Shown here in pieces: positions 38,206 to 50,200 of a stretch of 64,000 nucleotides of DNA (the first letter of the stretch is position 1; the number at the start of each line of letters is the position of its first letter). The position numbers and the translations under genes are program-made. Origin of the DNA: Macrostomum hystrix. Its lineage: Eukaryota; Animalia; Platyhelminthes. Under the pieces are notes generated by a model, which had not been told where the DNA came from, ran no database searches, and saw only the letters and a list, made by a program, of their open reading frames with translations. Location of the stretch: NCBI GenBank assembly GCA_950097015.1, contig CATNEN010000038.1:20522001-20586000 (forward strand), written 5' to 3'.

Positions 38206-41200
38206 TGCCTTTGTCGCTTTAACGGTCTGCTCTGACGCGGGTGCTTTGAATAAGCCGTCTTGTCATTGGCTGTCACGCAGACAGCGGCTTGATGTACAAC
38301 AGGCTGTTTTGGCGGCGGCGTTGGCAGCGGCAAAGGCTGACTTAGTAGCTGGACTGAGTCGTTCTCCAGTTGTCTAAATTGTTGTATAATTGCAGCTCTA
38401 ACATTCTTTAACCGTTCAAATAAACATTCTTGATGTAGAATTAGAGAGCCGGTATAGCAGAACTCAAATACCCACCAGAACCATCTGCAGAACTCAAATA
38501 CCTCCAGAACCATCTGCAGAACTCAAATACCCTCCAGAACCATCTGCAGAACTCAAATACCCGCCAGAACCATCTGCAGAACTCAAATACCCGCCAGAAC
38601 CATCTGCAGAACTCAAATACCCTCCAGAACCATCTGCAGAACTCAAATACCCGCCAGAACCATCTGCAGAACTCAAATACCCACCAGAACCATCTGCAGA
38701 ACTCAAATACCCACCAGAACCATCTGCAGAACTCAAATACCCACCAGAACCATCTGCAGAACTCAAATACCCACCAGAACCATCTGCAGAACTCAAATAC
38801 CTCCAGAACCATCTGCAGAACTCAAATACCCACCAGAACCATCTGCAGAACTCAAATACCCACCAGAACCATCTGCAGAACTCAAATACCCACCAGAACC
38901 ATCTGCAGAACTCAAATACCCACCAGAACCATCTGCAGAACTCAAATACCCACCAGAACCATCTGCAGAACTCAAATACCCACCAGAACCATCTGCAGAA
39001 CTCAAATACCCACCAGAACCATCTGCAGAACTCAAATACCCACCAGAACCATCTGCAGAACTCAAATACCTCCAGAACCATCTGCAGAACTCAACTACCC
39101 ACCAGAACCATCTGCAGAACTCAAATACCCACCAGAACCATCTGCAGAACTCAAATACCCACCAGAACCATCTGCAGAACTCAAATACCCACCAGAACCA
39201 TCTGCAGAACTCAACTACCCACCAGAACCATCTGCAGAACTCAAATACCCACCAGAACCATCTGCAGAACTCAACTACCCACCAGAACTATTTACGGAAC
39301 AGAATAAATTAGGAGCTTAAGTATTCTGCATTTTATCAGAAACCATAGAAATCCCATGCATTGTATCACTACAAAGAAAAGCAGTTATAAAAATGGTTCA
39401 GTTCTCACGATAGGATGTGACAGACGCCCACAATGCAGCTAGGTCTGGAAGTGGAACGAGCGCTCTGCACCACCGTCAGGCTGCTGTGTAGCCAGATCCA
39501 GCCGCCTAGTTTGCTTAGCAACCTATAGCAGCCGACTGTTGCCTGGCCTTTGCTAAGCACTGTCAGTTTGGGTCATTTTAGAAATCAGTTTTACGTGCTT
39601 TTAAATATTAGCAGTCATTATCATTGCAACCGGTCATAAACTTAAATTACATAAGTTAAATTATAAATTAAATCAGTCATTACCTCCGGTCATGACACTG
39701 CTCATAAACCATCAGTCATTACTGCCGGTAATCACACTGCTCATTGATCAGTCATTCACAGCAGGTCATAATACTGCTCATTGATCAGCCATTCACAGCA
39801 GGTCATAATACTGCTCATTGCTCAGTAATTAGAGCAGGTCATAATACTGCTCACTGATCAGTAATTAGAGCAGGTCATAATACTGCTCATTGATCAGTAA
39901 TTAGAGCAGGTCATAATACTGCTCATTGCTCAGTAATTAGAGCAGGTCATAATACTGCTCATTGATCAGTAATTAGAGCAGGTCATAATACTGCTCACTG
40001 ATCAGTCATTAGAGCAGGTCATAATACTGCTCATTGCTCAGTAATTAGAGCCGGTCATAATACTGCTCACTGATCAGTAATTAGAGCAGGTCATAATACT
40101 GCTCACTGATCAGTAATTAGAGCAGGTCATAATACTGCTCATTGATCAGTAACTAGAGCAGGTCATAATACTGCTCATTGCTCAGTAATTAGAGCAGGTC
40201 ATAATACTGCTCATTGCTCAGTAATTAGAGCAGGTCATAATACTGCTCACTGATCAGTAATTAGAGCAGGTCATAATACTGCTCACTGATCAGTAATTAG
40301 AGCAGGTCATAATACTGCTCATTGATCAGTAACTAGAGCAGGTCATAATACTGCTCATTGCTCAGTAATTAGAGCAGGTCATAATACTGCTCACTGATCA
40401 GTAATTTGAGCAGGTCATAATACTGCTCACTGATCAGTAATTAGAGCAGGTCATAATACTGCTCATTGCTCAGTAATTAGAGCAGGTCATAATACTGCTC
40501 ATTGATCAGTAATTAGAGCAGGTCATAATACTGCTCACTGATCAGTCATTAGAGCAGGTCATAATACTGCTCATTGCTCAGTAATTAGAGCAGGTCATAA
40601 TACTGCTCACTGATCAGTAATTAGAGCAGGTCATAATACTGCTCACTGATCAGTAATTAGAGCAGGTCATAATACTGCTCCTTGATCAGTCGTTACAGCC
40701 GGTCATGCTCATAGCTCAGTATTCACAGCCAATCATCTGACCGTGCTCATCAATCAGTAAAATTCCTTTCCCCAGCTCACAAAACCGGCTCACGCGGACT
40801 TACAGGTGCAGTGGGCGCGTTGCAACTCGGGCAGATCGGCCGAATGAACAATCTGGTACAGACTGCGCCCAATCAGGTCTGTTGTCTCATAGCCGGTGAT
40901 AAATCTGGCTCTGAAATTGGCAGCCAGTTTCTGCGCTCTGTTCTATAACAAAATGATGGAAGAGGTGCTCGCTTCACTGGCTTGTCCGTTGAACACTTTC
41001 TTCTCCCTCAAACTCTCCGTCCTTCTTCTCTGCCTCTCTCACCACTCTCCCTCTCTCACCACTCTCCCTCTCTCACCACTCTCCCTCTCTCACCACTCTC
41101 CCTCTCTCACCACTCTCCCTCTCTCATCACTCTCCCTCTCTCACCACTCTCCCTCTCTCACCACTCTCCCTCTCTCACCACTCTCCCTCTCTCACCACTC

Positions 41201-44200
41201 TCCCTCTCTCACCACTCTCCCTCTCTTACCACTCTCCCTCTCTCATCACTCTCCCTCTCTCACCACTCTCCCTCTCTCATCACTCTCCCTCTCTCACCAC
41301 TCTCCCTCTCTCATCACTCTCCCTCTCTCACCACTCTCCCTCTCTCACCACTCTCCCTCTCTCATCACTCTCCCTCTCTCATCACTCTCCCTCTCTCATC
41401 ACTCTCCCTCTCTCACCACTCTCCCTCTCTCACCACTCTCCCTCTCTCACCACTCTCCCTCTCTCACCACTCTCCCTCTCTCACCACTCTCCCTCTCTCA
41501 CCACTCTCCCTCTCTCACCACTCTCCCTCTCTCACCACTCTCCCTCTCTCACCACTCTCCCTCTCTCACCACTCTCCCTCTCTCACCACTCTCCCTCTCT
41601 CACCACTCTCCCTCTCTCACCACTCTCCCTCTCTCACCACTCTCCCTCTCTCACCACTCTCCCTCTCTCACCACTCTCCCTCTCTCACCACTCTCCCTCT
41701 CTCACCACTCTCCCTCTCTCACCACTCTCCCTCTCTCACCACTCTCCCTCTCTCACCACTCTCCCTCTCTCATCACTCTCCCTCTTTTTTTCGATACATT
41801 TTTTTCGATACATATCGGAATCGATTCCAACATTAGATTTTTTTAATTCAATGGGGAGTGTCCTCTCTCCTCTCTCCCGCTCTCTCTCTCCCTCTCACAC
41901 TCTCTCTCAGGCCAGCAACGGCGTCTCGTACGACCGAGTCAGTGCCACGGAGCTGAGTGAGTATGGATTGAGTTGCAGGGCGCTGCCGAATCGATTACGA
42001 TATGTTGAGATTGAAAGCTGGATTTGAACAAGCGCCTATAGCCTAATGGCTAAAGCGCTAGGCTAGACTCTACTGATGAGCTCCAATAAGAGCGAAACGC
42101 GTCTGGAGTTGCCTTGGTTCGAATCCTGATTTCTATTTTTTTCGATACATATCGGAATCGATTCCAACATTAGATTTTTGAAATTCAATGGGCAGTGTCC
42201 TCTCTTCTCTCTCCCTCTCTCTCACCACTCTCCCTCTCTCACCACTCTCCCTCTCTCACCACTCTCCCTTTCTCACCACTCTCCCTCTCTCACCACTCTC
42301 CCTCTCTTCTCACTCTCCCTCTCTCACCACTCTCCCTCTCTTCTCACTCTCCCTCTCTTACCACTCTCCCGCTCTCACCACCCTCCCTCTCTCACCACCC
42401 TCCCTCTCTCATCACTCTCCCTCTCTCACCACTCTCCCTCTCTCACCACTCTCCCTCTCTTACCACTCTCCCGCTCTCACCACCCTCCCGCTCTCACCAC
42501 CCTCCCTCTCTCACCACTCTCCCTCTCTCATCACTCTCCCTCTCTCACCACTCTCCCTCTCTTCTCACTCTCCCTCTCTCACCACTCTCCCTCTCTTCTC
42601 ACTCTCCCTCTCTTCCTCTCTCTTAGGTACATGATTATGCTAAGTCGGTAAAATTACTTTTACGGCTCGTAGCTTGATTGTTTGGATGACTAGAGTTCTT
42701 ATTTGAGACTAGCATATTGTTTGTGACTTTAATCAAGTCAAGTAATAAAATTATTTTAATAATAATGATAATAATCTTAATGGAGTCCAAAGTCGTCAGA
42801 GACCCGCACAGAACCTAGAGATAAGAACTGTTGCTAAGGATGCCGTTGTCAGGGTCCACAGATGCTCTGCCATTGCAGTGTTTGGGGTGTTGGCAAGAGA
42901 CACGTGTCAAGTGCCAAAATTCAAAACGAGGTGTCAATCAAACCAAACTTGGCGGGATCTCAATCGATAAGGGCTGGAGCCAAGATAATAGTGTTCAATA
43001 TTATCACTTTAGAAATCAAGGATCAATAATTTATAAGTGAATGCACCCAAACTGTTATTTTGCATTTAGAACGGACCTTTCAAGACATGCGTCAGACAAC
43101 GACTTTATAGACAGGGCTAACATCAAAAGAATATGTTTAAATATATTGCAATTGGCGGCCTAAATCAAAAGAATCAGTTTGATTGGATTGGAATTGGCGG
43201 CCTAAATCAAAAGAAACAATTTGATTGGATTGGAATTGGCGGCCTAAATCAAAAGAATCAGTTTGAATGGATTGGAATTGGCGGCCTGCATCAAAAGAAT
43301 CAGTTCGAATGGATTGGAATTGGCGGCCTAAATCAAAAGAATCAGTTTGAATGGATTGGAATTGGCGGCCTGCATCAAAAGAATCAGTTTGAATGGATTG
43401 GAATTGGCGGCCTAAATCAAAAGAATCAGTTTGAATGGATTGGAATTGGCGGCCTGCATCAAAAGAATCAGTTCGAATGGATTGGAATTGGCGGCCTAAA
43501 TCAAAAGAATCAGTTTGAATGGATTGGAATTGGCGGCCTGCATCAAAAGAATCAGTTTGAATGGATTGGAATTGGCGGCCTAAATCAAAAGAATCAGTTT
43601 GAATGGATTGGAATTGGCGGCCTGCATCAAAAGAATCAGTTTGAATGGATTGGAATTGGCGGCCTAAATCAAAAGAATCAGTTTGAATGGATTGGAATTG
43701 GCGGCCTGCATCAAAAGAATCAGTTTGAATGGATTGGAATTGGCGGCCTAAATCAAAAGAATCAGTTTGAATGGATTGGAATTGGCGGCCTGCATCAAAA
43801 GAATTCTTAGTCCTACCTGGCGTCCACAAATATCAACTTGAAATCCAGTGCCGCCCTAAACAGGAATGCGTCATCGCCTAGCAGGATTTCGGTGGACGCT
43901 GGAGACGAAGGCAGCGATTTGCCAATAGCGGTTAGCCATGTCACATGCAGTACAGGACTTCCGGCGGCGTAGGCGGTTGCGTTCGACATTTCAAACGAAT
44001 CTGATGGCGTCAGATGATGCTGAGGCGCCTGAAGCTGGCGCACAGTAAGACGGCCCGCGCAGTGGATGGTCTTGTAGCCGTTGCTTGTTAAACCGGCGGT
44101 TCTCTTGGCAAGAAGGCATTTTAGGCGTAGTGTAAACTGCAGCTCGTAACGCTCTGGGCTGCCAGTTAGCGGGTAAAACTGCTGCTGCTGCTGATGATGC

Positions 44201-47200
44201 CGCTGCGGCTGCAGGTGATGATAATGCTGATAGGTGTCTGAAATTCGAAAATATTATGTTTTTTTCGTTTTTTAAATATGGCACTTTTAAGTTTTAAGAA
44301 AAATGAGGAGAGAATCAAGATTAGGAAAGAGGAGAGAGAGAAGATGATGAAGAGAAGATAGGGAAGGGATAGAGATCAGAGGGGACTGTCTAAATAAATG
44401 AAGAAGAGAAGAAATAAAGAGATTTTTATTAAGGAATTATATGCTTACTGAATATTGAATCGATTCAAGTTACCGAATTACAATTCATGGAGCAAATAAA
44501 CCTTGTCTAACTTTGCAAGGCTGCGTGTAGTCTGCGACAGTCAGCACCGCACGTGCCAGCAAGGCACAACTGGGTCGACAGATAGATCTTATCAGTGTTA
44601 GAATTAATACTTTAACAATTTCGGCATTTCGGCAAAGATCGAGAACGGCAAAGCTTTCACAATTGGCGGGACTCTGAGCAGCTGCCGAACTAGTTCCTTG
44701 GCTTGGCGCGTGACGAAACTCAAAATCTTGAGTTGTGAGCATATATATCTATTGTTTTATGACTACCAAGTGTCTATCCATTGAGAGAGACCTGCTGACG
44801 CCCTTTGACTATATTTTAAGGCTCTTCCACCGGCTTCAGTGTCTATTTTGGGGCTCTTCCACCGACCTCAGTGTCTATTTTGGGGCTCTTCCACCGGCTT
44901 CAGTGTGTATTTTGGGGCTCTTCCACCGACTTCAGTGTCTATTTTGGGGCTCTTCCACCGACCTCAGTGTCTATTTTGGGGCTCTTCCACCGGCTTCAGT
45001 GTGTATTTTGGGGCTCTTCCACCGACTTCAGTGTCTATTTTGGGGCTCTTCCACCGACCTCAGTGTCTATTTTGGGGCTCTTCCACCGACTTCAGTGTCT
45101 ATTTTGGGGCTCTTCCACCGACTTCAGTGTCTATTTTGGGGCTCTTCCACCGACTTCAGTGTCTATTTTGGGGCTCTTCCACCGACCTCAGTGTCTATTT
45201 TGGGGCTCTTCCACCGACTTCAGTGTGTATTTTGGGGCTCTTCCACCGACCTCAGTGTCTATTTTGGGGCTCTTCCACCGGCTTCAGTGTGTATTTTGGG
45301 GCTCTTCCACCGACCTCAGTGTCTATTTTGGGGCTCTTCCACCGACTTCAGTGTCTATTTTGGGGCTCTTCCACCGACTTCAGTGTCTATTTTGGGGCTC
45401 TTCCACCGACTTCAGTGTCTATTTTGGGGCTCTTCCACCGACCTCAGTGTCTATTTTGGGGCTCTTCCACCGACTTCAGTGTCTATTTTGGGGCTCTTCC
45501 ACCGACCTCAGTGTCTATTTTGGGGCTCTTCCACCGACTTCAGTGTGTATTTTGGGGCTCTTCCACCGACCTCAGTGTCTATTTTGGGGCTCTTCCACCG
45601 GCTTCAGTGTCTATTTTGGGGCTCTTCCACCGGCTTCAGTGTCTATTTTGGGGCTCTTCCACCGGCTTCAGTGTCTATTTTGGGGCTCTTCCACCGGCTT
45701 CAATGTGTATTTTGGGGCTCTTCCACCGGCTTCAGTGTGTATTTTGGGGCTCTTCCACCGGCTTCAGTGTCTAATTTGGGGCTCTTCCACCGGCTTCAGT
45801 GTCTATTTTGGGGCTCTTCCACCGGCTTCAGTGTCTATTTTGGGGCTCTTCCACCGGCTTCAGTGTCTATTTTGGGGCTATTTCGAGCCCCATATTACAA
45901 GTGTAAATTAAAAATTTCGAATAACTAAACATGTGAAACGAAATTTTAAGTCACTTCTAGGATTCTAACCCCTTACATTTCCCACTTCCTGTAAAGAACA
46001 GCAATCTGAGCAATGTGTCAAACCGGAACTTGTTCAGTTCTTTACCAAATAGGGCGGTAGGCTGTGCCACAATGGACACAACAAACAAAGTATTGTTTAA
46101 ATAGAAAATTCTCTCATTTCCGTTCGCTAAAAATCTGACCCATATATAGAAAGATCTGTGTTCTGTGAATATACAGGTAGTTACAAAATAAGTTGGTCTT
46201 TAGTTAAACAAGAATTTAATCAACTTTCAAATCCTCGTGTCTTCTTATTCAACATAAATGAGAATTTTGCCTGTCAATTGCATTTGCTTTGATAGGCTAG
46301 TGTATTAGCTAGTGTATTAGCATTAGCTAGTGTAATAAATGCTGCGGATTTCAAGTGTGCTTGTTGCATTAAAACTTCTTTTTCTGAATTACAATTTCCA
46401 CGCGTCGCGACGAGGCACGACGGGAGAAAATGGCAGAAGGGAGTGACAGAAGGGAGTGACAGAAGGGAGTGACAAAAGGGAATGACAGAAGGGAGTGACT
46501 GAAGGGAGTGATAGAAGGGAGTGACAGAAGGGAGTGACTGAAGGGAGTGACAGAAGGGAATGGCAGAAGGGAGTGACAGAAGGGAGTGATAGAAGGGAGT
46601 GATAGAAGGGAGTGATAGAAGGGAGTGACAGAAGGGAGTGACAGAAGGGAATGGCAGAAGGGAGTGACAGAAGGGAGTGATAGAAGGGAGTGACAGAAGG
46701 GAGTGACTGAAGGGAGTGACAGAAGGGAGTGATAGAAGGGAGTGACTGCAGGGAGTGATAGAAGGGAGTGACAGAAGGGAGTGATAGAAGGGAGTGGCAG
46801 AAGGGAGTGATAGAAGGGAGTGACTGAAGGGAGTGATAGAAGGGAGTGACAGAAGGGAGTGACTGAAGGGAGTGATAGAAGGGAGTGACAGAAGGGAGTG
46901 ACAGAAGGGAGTGACTGAAGGGAGTGACAGAAGGGAATGACAGAAGGGAGTGACAGAAGGGAGTGATAGAAGGGAGTGACAGAAGGGAGTGACAGAAGGG
47001 AGTGACAGAAGGGAGTGATAGAAGGTAGTGACAGAAGGGAGTGACAGAAGGGAGTGACAGAAGGGAGTGACTGAAGGGAGTGATAGAAGGGAGTGACAGA
47101 AGGGAGTGATAGAAGGGAGTGATAGAAGGGAGTGGCAGAAGGGAGTGATAGAAGGGAGTGACTGAAGGGAGTGATAGAAGGGAGTGACAGAAGGGAGTGA

Positions 47201-50200
47201 CTGAAGGGAGTGACAGAAGGGAGTGATAGAAGGGAGTGACTGAAGGGAGTGATAGAAGGGAGTGACAGAAGGGAGTGATAGAAGGGAGTGGCAGAAGGGA
47301 GTGATAGAAGGGAGTGACTGAAGGGAGTGATAGAAGGGAGTGACAGAAGGGAGTGACTGAAGGGAGTGACAGAAGGGAGTGATAGAAGGGAGTGACTGCA
47401 GGGAGTGATAGAAGGGAGTGACAGAAGGGAGTGATAGAAGGGAGTGACAGAAGGGAGTGATAGAAGGGAGTGACAGAAGGGAGTGACAGAAGGGAGTGGC
47501 AGAAGGGAGTGATAGAAGGGAGTGACTGAAGGGAGTGATAGAAGGGAGTGACAGAAGGGAGTGACTGAAGGGAGTGATAGAAGGGAGTGACAGAAGGGAG
47601 TGACTGAAGGGAGTGATAGAAGGGAGTGACAGAAGGGAGTGACAGAAGGGAGTGATAGAAGGTAGTGACAGAAGGGAGTGACAGAAGGGAGTGACAGAAG
47701 GGAGTGACTGAAGGGAGTGATAGAAGGGAGTGACAGAAGGGAGTGACAGAAGGGAGTGACAAAAGGGAGTGACAGAAGGGAATGACAGAAGGGAGTGACT
47801 GAAGGGAGTGACAGAAGGGAGTGACAGAAGGGAGTGACAGAAGGGAGTGACTGAAGGGAGTGACAGAAGGGAATGGCAGAAGGGAGTGACAGAAGGGAGT
47901 GATAGAAGGGAGTGACAGAAGGGAGTGACAGAAGGGAGTGACAGAAGGGAGTGATAGAAGGTAGTGACAGAAGGGAGTGACAGAAGGGAGTGACAGAAGG
48001 GAGTGACTGAAGGGAGTGATAGAAGGGAGTGACAGAAGGGAGTGACAGAAGGGAGTGACTGAAGGGAGTGACAGAAGGGAATGGCAGAAGGGAGTGACAG
48101 AAGGGAGTGATAGAAGGGAGTGACAGAAGGGAGTGACAGAAGGGAGTGACAGAAGGGAGTGATAGAAGGTAGTGACAGAAGGGAGTGACAGAAGGGAGTG
48201 ACAGAAGGGAGTGACTGAAGGGAGTGATAGAAGGGAGTGACAGAAGGGAGTGACAGAAGGGAGTGACAAAAGGGAGTGACAGAAGGGAATGACAGAAGGG
48301 AGTGACTGAAGGGAGTGACAGAAGGGAGTGACAGAAGGGAGTGACAGAAGGGAGTGACTGAAGGGTATTATTCCAGTATGTTAATATCAATTCCTTACAA
48401 ACAGTTGCTAAATTTATCTCAGCGATTGTGCAAGCTAGTTGAATCCTTGCAGTTGCAGAATTTATTACCTATTCGCAGCGCGAATGAGAACAAGTCACAT
48501 TATATCCCAGACATTCAGTAAACATTCAGCTTTTTCAGACACGTGCCACAATGACCTAGCTATAATCTCGATAATTTATGACCAATGACCCCCAAACGCG
48601 CATGGGCTTGGGGTGATGATTCTCAATGTGTGCCCCTATTTATTCTGTTATAATTAGAGACTATGTGGGCTCGCAAGTTGTACTCACAGAACTGCTCATC
48701 AAAAAGCTGATGACCCAAGTAGCCATCACCAGCGAACTGATAACGCTGCTGCTGCTGTTGCTGTTCAACGCGCTGATTCGGCAATGGCAGCGGCGGTGTC
48801 AGAATCCTGACCAACTCGTCACAATCGCCCGGGTGAACGTATTCGTACAGGCTGTTACCAATGAGCTCGACCTGTGTGAGTATTACATGTAAATAATATT
48901 CTAATAATTGCAGGAGGGCTGCGGGCAATGGCACATCATTAAAGGACACTAGACCCGCAGCCAGCGAGGAGGCAATTCTGCACATTCCGGCGATTCCGCT
49001 GACTCCTGAGCACACACGCACACAGATACTGTACGCGGGCGCACATTCACACAGGTGTGTACATCTGCCCTGACTTTCTCATCGTCAGGCAGTGTACACT
49101 CTTACTGTGCCTTGGAGGCCGGCCCTCGAGGGCGTAAATTGCACGACAAGCCCCCAAGCCTTCTCTCCGTGGCTGCGCCCCAAATGAATGTGGCCTCGCC
49201 GCGGAATCGAGTTCAGGGATCTTGGTGCAAGAGGCAAACGCGTTATCCGCGCTCTGCCACACCCACAGTAGGCCATGTAATACTATTACTACTACTACTA
49301 ATAACGATAAAAACAATAGTGAGTAGGCAACACTGCAGCTTATTCCGCTGGTCCTTTAGCACACACACTCACACAGTTATATTAAAAAGCATATTCAATT
49401 GACCAAGAATTTCGCAAACCTGCGATAGTCCCAGATGCTCCGAGACTGTCTCAGAGATGTACACAATTTTCCCAGCCTGATCCAAGGCGAACAGGAAGCC
49501 ATTCATGGCTTGAAGAAGTTCGCCGCCCCGGTCGAACTGGTCCGCAGACGCGTTCTGTTGAGCTGCCCCATCCAGCTTGCTGCCGTGCAGCCGATGCGAC
49601 AGCAGGTGATGCTGGTAGATCTCCTGCTGCTGATGATGCCAGTGCCATTGCGAACCGGCTGCTCCGAGCTGATTTGGGCCTGCCGAATGAAGCGCGAACA
49701 ATGGTATACAATGGTATTGTCTATAGGAGGGTAAGTCGCAGAACGGTTAACACGTTTGCCTCTTGCGCCAAGGTCCCTGAGTTCGATTTCGCGGCGAGGC
49801 CACATTCATTTGGGGCGCAGCCGCGGAGAAAAGGCTTGGCGGCTCCAAGGAACAGTGAGAGTGTACACTGCCTGACGATGAGAAAGTCAGGGCAGATCTA
49901 CACCCCAGTGTGAGTGTGTGCCTGCGTACAGTATCTGTGTGCGTGTGTGCTCAGGAGTCAGCGAAATGGGCAGAATTGCCTCCTCGCTGGCTGCGTGTCT
50001 AGTGTCCTTTAATGATGTGCCATTGCCCGCAGCCCTCCTGCAATTATTATTATTTATTGTATTGTCTATTTAAACTAGATGTCAACTTTGCTAAGGAAGG
50101 TTATGAGCCCGTTGCTAAGGAATGATGTAATTACGCTTCCATGGATTAGTTGAGCCCGTTGCTAAGGATTTCATTAAACACGTGCGCACACGAATAAAAG

